48,761 nt of DNA, taken from NCBI GenBank assembly GCA_039588275.1, contig JBDHAC010000025.1:1-48761 (forward strand), read 5' to 3'. Shown one piece after another: positions 46,222 through 48,761 of this stretch. Position 1 is the first letter of the stretch; each line of letters begins with the position of its first letter. The notes under the pieces are model-generated. The model was not told where the DNA came from. It did not search any database and worked only from the letters and a program-made list of their open reading frames with translations. Both the position numbers and the translations under genes were made by a program. This DNA comes from Gemmatimonadota bacterium. GTDB taxonomy: Bacteria > Gemmatimonadota > Gemmatimonadetes > Palauibacterales > Palauibacteraceae.

Positions 46222-48761
46222 ATGCACGAAGTCGCCTTCGATCTGCTGATCCTGCTCGCCGGCATCTGGCTGGTGGCGGTCACGCTGCGGCCACTCGGGC
46301 TGCCGACGATCATGGGCGAGTTGATCGTCGGGGTGCTGGTCGGGCCGGCCGTGCTCGGCTGGATCGAGCCCAGCGAGGCGATCACGCTGCTCGCCGAGAT
46401 CGGCATCTTCTTCCTCATGTTCCACGCTGGGGTCGAGACCCAGCCGCTGGAGTTCTTCGAGGCGCTGAAGCGGTCGCTCGGGGTCGCGATCGTGGGTGCC
46501 ATCGTCCCGTTCACGGTCAGCTTCCTCGTGGCCAGATCGTTCGGGTTGAGCACGGTGGGAGCCACCTTCGTCGGTTTGACGATGACTGCTACCGCGGTAG
46601 TCGTCACGCTCAAGAGCCTCAAGGACCTCGGTCTCGCCAACACCCGCGTGGCGCGCGTGATCGTCGCCAGCTGCGTCATCGACGATCTGCTGACCCTGGT
46701 GTTCTTCGGCCTGTTGCTCGGCGTGCTCTCCGGCGGTTCGTTCGAGCCGGCGAGCATCGCCATCACCCTGGCCAAGGTCGTCGCCTTCTTCGGCCTGTCT
46801 ATCGTACTCGGCCGCTATGTCTATCCGCGCCTGACCCTGCCGTTTCGTTCCGAAGGCGGGAAGGGGTTCACCTTCGTATTGCTGATCGCCGTGGGCGCCG
46901 GTCTGTTCGCCGAGTTGATCGGTCTGAACATGATCCTCGGCGCCTACCTCGCCGGACTGTTCTTCGAAGAGAAGGTAGCGCACCCGAACCTGGTCAAGGT
47001 CGTCACCGATCGCGCCTACGCCATCGCATACTCGTTCCTGGGTCCGATCTTCTTCATCTCGCTGGGCTTCTCGATCACATTCGACATCAGCGCGTCGGGA
47101 TTCGCTTTCCTGGGTCTGCTGACCGGCGCGGTGATCGTCGGCCAGATCGTGAGCGCGGGCAGCATGGCGCTGCGGATGGGCCTGCCGCCGCGCGAAGCGC
47201 TGACCGTCGGCGTCGGAATGTGCGGTCGGGCGGAGTTGGCGTTCATCCTCGCCTCGCTGGCGCTCGCACAGGGGGCGATCGAGCCCGCGATCTTCTCGGT
47301 GCTGATCTTTACCGCTTTCATCCTGAACCTGTTCACGCCGCTGGCGCTCAAGGGCTGTGCGGTCTTGCTCGAAGGCAAGGCGATGCGGCAGCCCGGTGCA
47401 ACCCGAGGCGTCGTGCTGATCGACAAGTTCGCCTCCTCACCTTTCGAGGAGCCGGTGCCGCTGGCGCTGCCCAGCGTCGCAGGTGGAGTGCTCATCTACG
47501 GGTACGGCCCCGAGGTGGAGTCGTTGATCGGCGAGCTCGATAACCGCGGCATCCATACGCTGGTCGTCGAGGAGGACGAGTCGACGGCCCACCGGCTGCA
47601 CGAGCGTGGCTTGGAGGTGGTGCATACCAGGCTGGCCGAGGATGAGCTGGACCTGCGCCCGATCAGCGATGCACAGGCCCTGGTGCTCAACGGCCAGGAC
47701 GACGACAACGCCCTGTTCGCGCTGAGCGCTCGCGAGTTGGGGTTCGATGGCCCGATCGTCGCCATGATCGAGGATCCGAACCGCCGGACGCCGATGCTGC
47801 TGGCCGGAGCGACTGCGGCCTTCACGCCCTCCCACGTCCTGGCGGCCGTCATCGCCGCGCGCGCCAGTCCTCGAATCGGCCCCCGGTTGGAGGGTGCTCA
47901 GCCGCTCGGTCCATCACTCGAGGTCGCCGAGCTGCGCGTCCACGAGGCTGGCCCCCTGGCCCATAGCTCGCTCGCCGAGGCCGAGGTTCGCACGAACACC
48001 GGTGCCAACATCGTCGGTCAGTGGCGGGATGACGATCTGCACTCGCCTCCGGCCGCCGACGAACGGCTCGAGCCCGGCGCGATCCTGATCGCGGTCGGCA
48101 ACCCCGAGAGCATCCAACAATTGAGAAGCCTGGCGCGGCCGCTCACGCAGGAGCGTCCACCCGTCGTGGTGGGGTATGGTGAGGTCGGGCGCGTGCTTGC
48201 CGAGATTCTACGGGCTGCCGACGAGGAGGTCTTCGTCATCGACGAGGTCGCAGGCCCCGGCGTCGACCTCGTCGGGAGCGTCGTCGATCAGGACGTGCTC
48301 GAGCGGTCACCGATTGCCGCTGCGCGAGTGGTCATCCTCGCTCTCGACAGCGATAGCGCGACCGCCTTCGCGGCCATGGCGGTGCGCGCATACGCCGCCG
48401 ACGTGCCGATCATCGCCAGCGTGGCCACGGTCGACAAGGTCGACCGCATCCAACGTGCCGGGGCGGACTTCACGATTTCGATGAGCGAGGTGGCCGGTCA
48501 GCTCCTCGCCCGCCACGTTTTTGGCGAGACCGTGTCGCTACAACCTCGGATCAAGCTGATCAAGACGACCCCGGGGCGACTCGCCGGCCGGGACCCGTTC
48601 ACGGCGCGCATCCGCGAGCGGACCGGCTGCACGATCGTGGCGGTCGAACGCGATGGCCAGCTGCTGATGGACTTCCCCGAGTCCTTCACCCTCTCCGACC
48701 ATGATGCGCTCTACCTCTGCGGCACCCGCAACGCCCTCAAACGCTACGACGAGATATACCC
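46222..48761 (+). CDS. CPA2 cation:proton antiporter fused to two TrkA-N/TrkA-C (RCK) modules (3' end off window)
   Basis: Hand-translated (>=846 aa, open at edge): MHEVAFDLLILL...GLPTIMGELIVGVLVGP..LG, IGIFFLMFHAGVET, ATAVVVT, CVIDDL, ILGAYLAGL, PIFFISLG, GMCGRAEL; then LIYGYGPEV, GANIVG, VVVGYGEVG, RAGAD, TGCTIVAVER. Confidence 0.9.
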   Translation, partial: MHEVAFDLLILLAGIWLVAVTLRPLGLPTIMGELIVGVLVGPAVLGWIEPSEAITLLAEIGIFFLMFHAGVETQPLEFFEALKRSLGVAIVGAIVPFTVSFLVARSFGLSTVGATFVGLTMTATAVVVTLKSLKDLGLANTRVARVIVASCVIDDLLTLVFFGLLLGVLSGGSFEPASIAITLAKVVAFFGLSIVLGRYVYPRLTLPFRSEGGKGFTFVLLIAVGAGLFAELIGLNMILGAYLAGLFFEEKVAHPNLVKVVTDRAYAIAYSFLGPIFFISLGFSITFDISASGFAFLGLLTGAVIVGQIVSAGSMALRMGLPPREALTVGVGMCGRAELAFILASLALAQGAIEPAIFSVLIFTAFILNLFTPLALKGCAVLLEGKAMRQPGATRGVVLIDKFASSPFEEPVPLALPSVAGGVLIYGYGPEVESLIGELDNRGIHTLVVEEDESTAHRLHERGLEVVHTRLAEDELDLRPISDAQALVLNGQDDDNALFALSARELGFDGPIVAMIEDPNRRTPMLLAGATAAFTPSHVLAAVIAARASPRIGPRLEGAQPLGPSLEVAELRVHEAGPLAHSSLAEAEVRTNTGANIVGQWRDDDLHSPPAADERLEPGAILIAVGNPESIQQLRSLARPLTQERPPVVVGYGEVGRVLAEILRAADEEVFVIDEVAGPGVDLVGSVVDQDVLERSPIAAARVVILALDSDSATAFAAMAVRAYAADVPIIASVATVDKVDRIQRAGADFTISMSEVAGQLLARHVFGETVSLQPRIKLIKTTPGRLAGRDPFTARIRERTGCTIVAVERDGQLLMDFPESFTLSDHDALYLCGTRNALKRYDEIY

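Overview
High-GC bacterial chromosomal window with no rRNA, CRISPR array, integrase or transposase. Protein style suggests Gemmatimonadota or a similar lineage (inference only). In order: (1) a DUF4136-like lipoprotein, a frameshifted lipoprotein and an M23 peptidase (1-2.8 kb). (2) A ~22 kb co-directional envelope-glycosylation cluster (3076-25266) with 2 GT4, 3 GT2, 2 GT-C-like proteins, a UPF0104 flippase-like protein, an SDR sugar enzyme, a NodB deacetylase, two UGM/PPO-like flavoproteins, a GMC oxidoreductase, a radical SAM/SPASM enzyme, a Thr-nucleophile sulfatase-like protein, paired small membrane paralogues, a His-rich membrane protein and a 51-aa peptide. It has three sigma54-like promoter motifs and no recognisable Wzx/Wzy, ABC exporter or initiating phosphoglycosyltransferase. 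(3) A decayed DUF222-HNH gene with flanking tandem repeats. (4) A HAD phosphatase / unknown membrane protein / Lrp / family-5 UDG operon, an iteron-like repeat array, nadA and ligA. (5) A minus-strand group-1a-like, Cys-type (not Sec) [NiFe]-hydrogenase operon with order large-protease-small-hybA-hybB plus an HmcD-like micro-subunit, sitting between ligA and polX. (6) A GT-C gene divergent from a GntR regulator, a tRNA-Gln/Ser/Ser/Ser cluster, and a CPA2 antiporter fused to tandem RCK modules. The best candidates for undescribed systems are the Arn-like lipid-carrier glycosylation cluster with redox tailoring and the hybrid Hys/Hyb/Hmc-like hydrogenase module. All family calls come from motif recognition by eye; no database searches were run.
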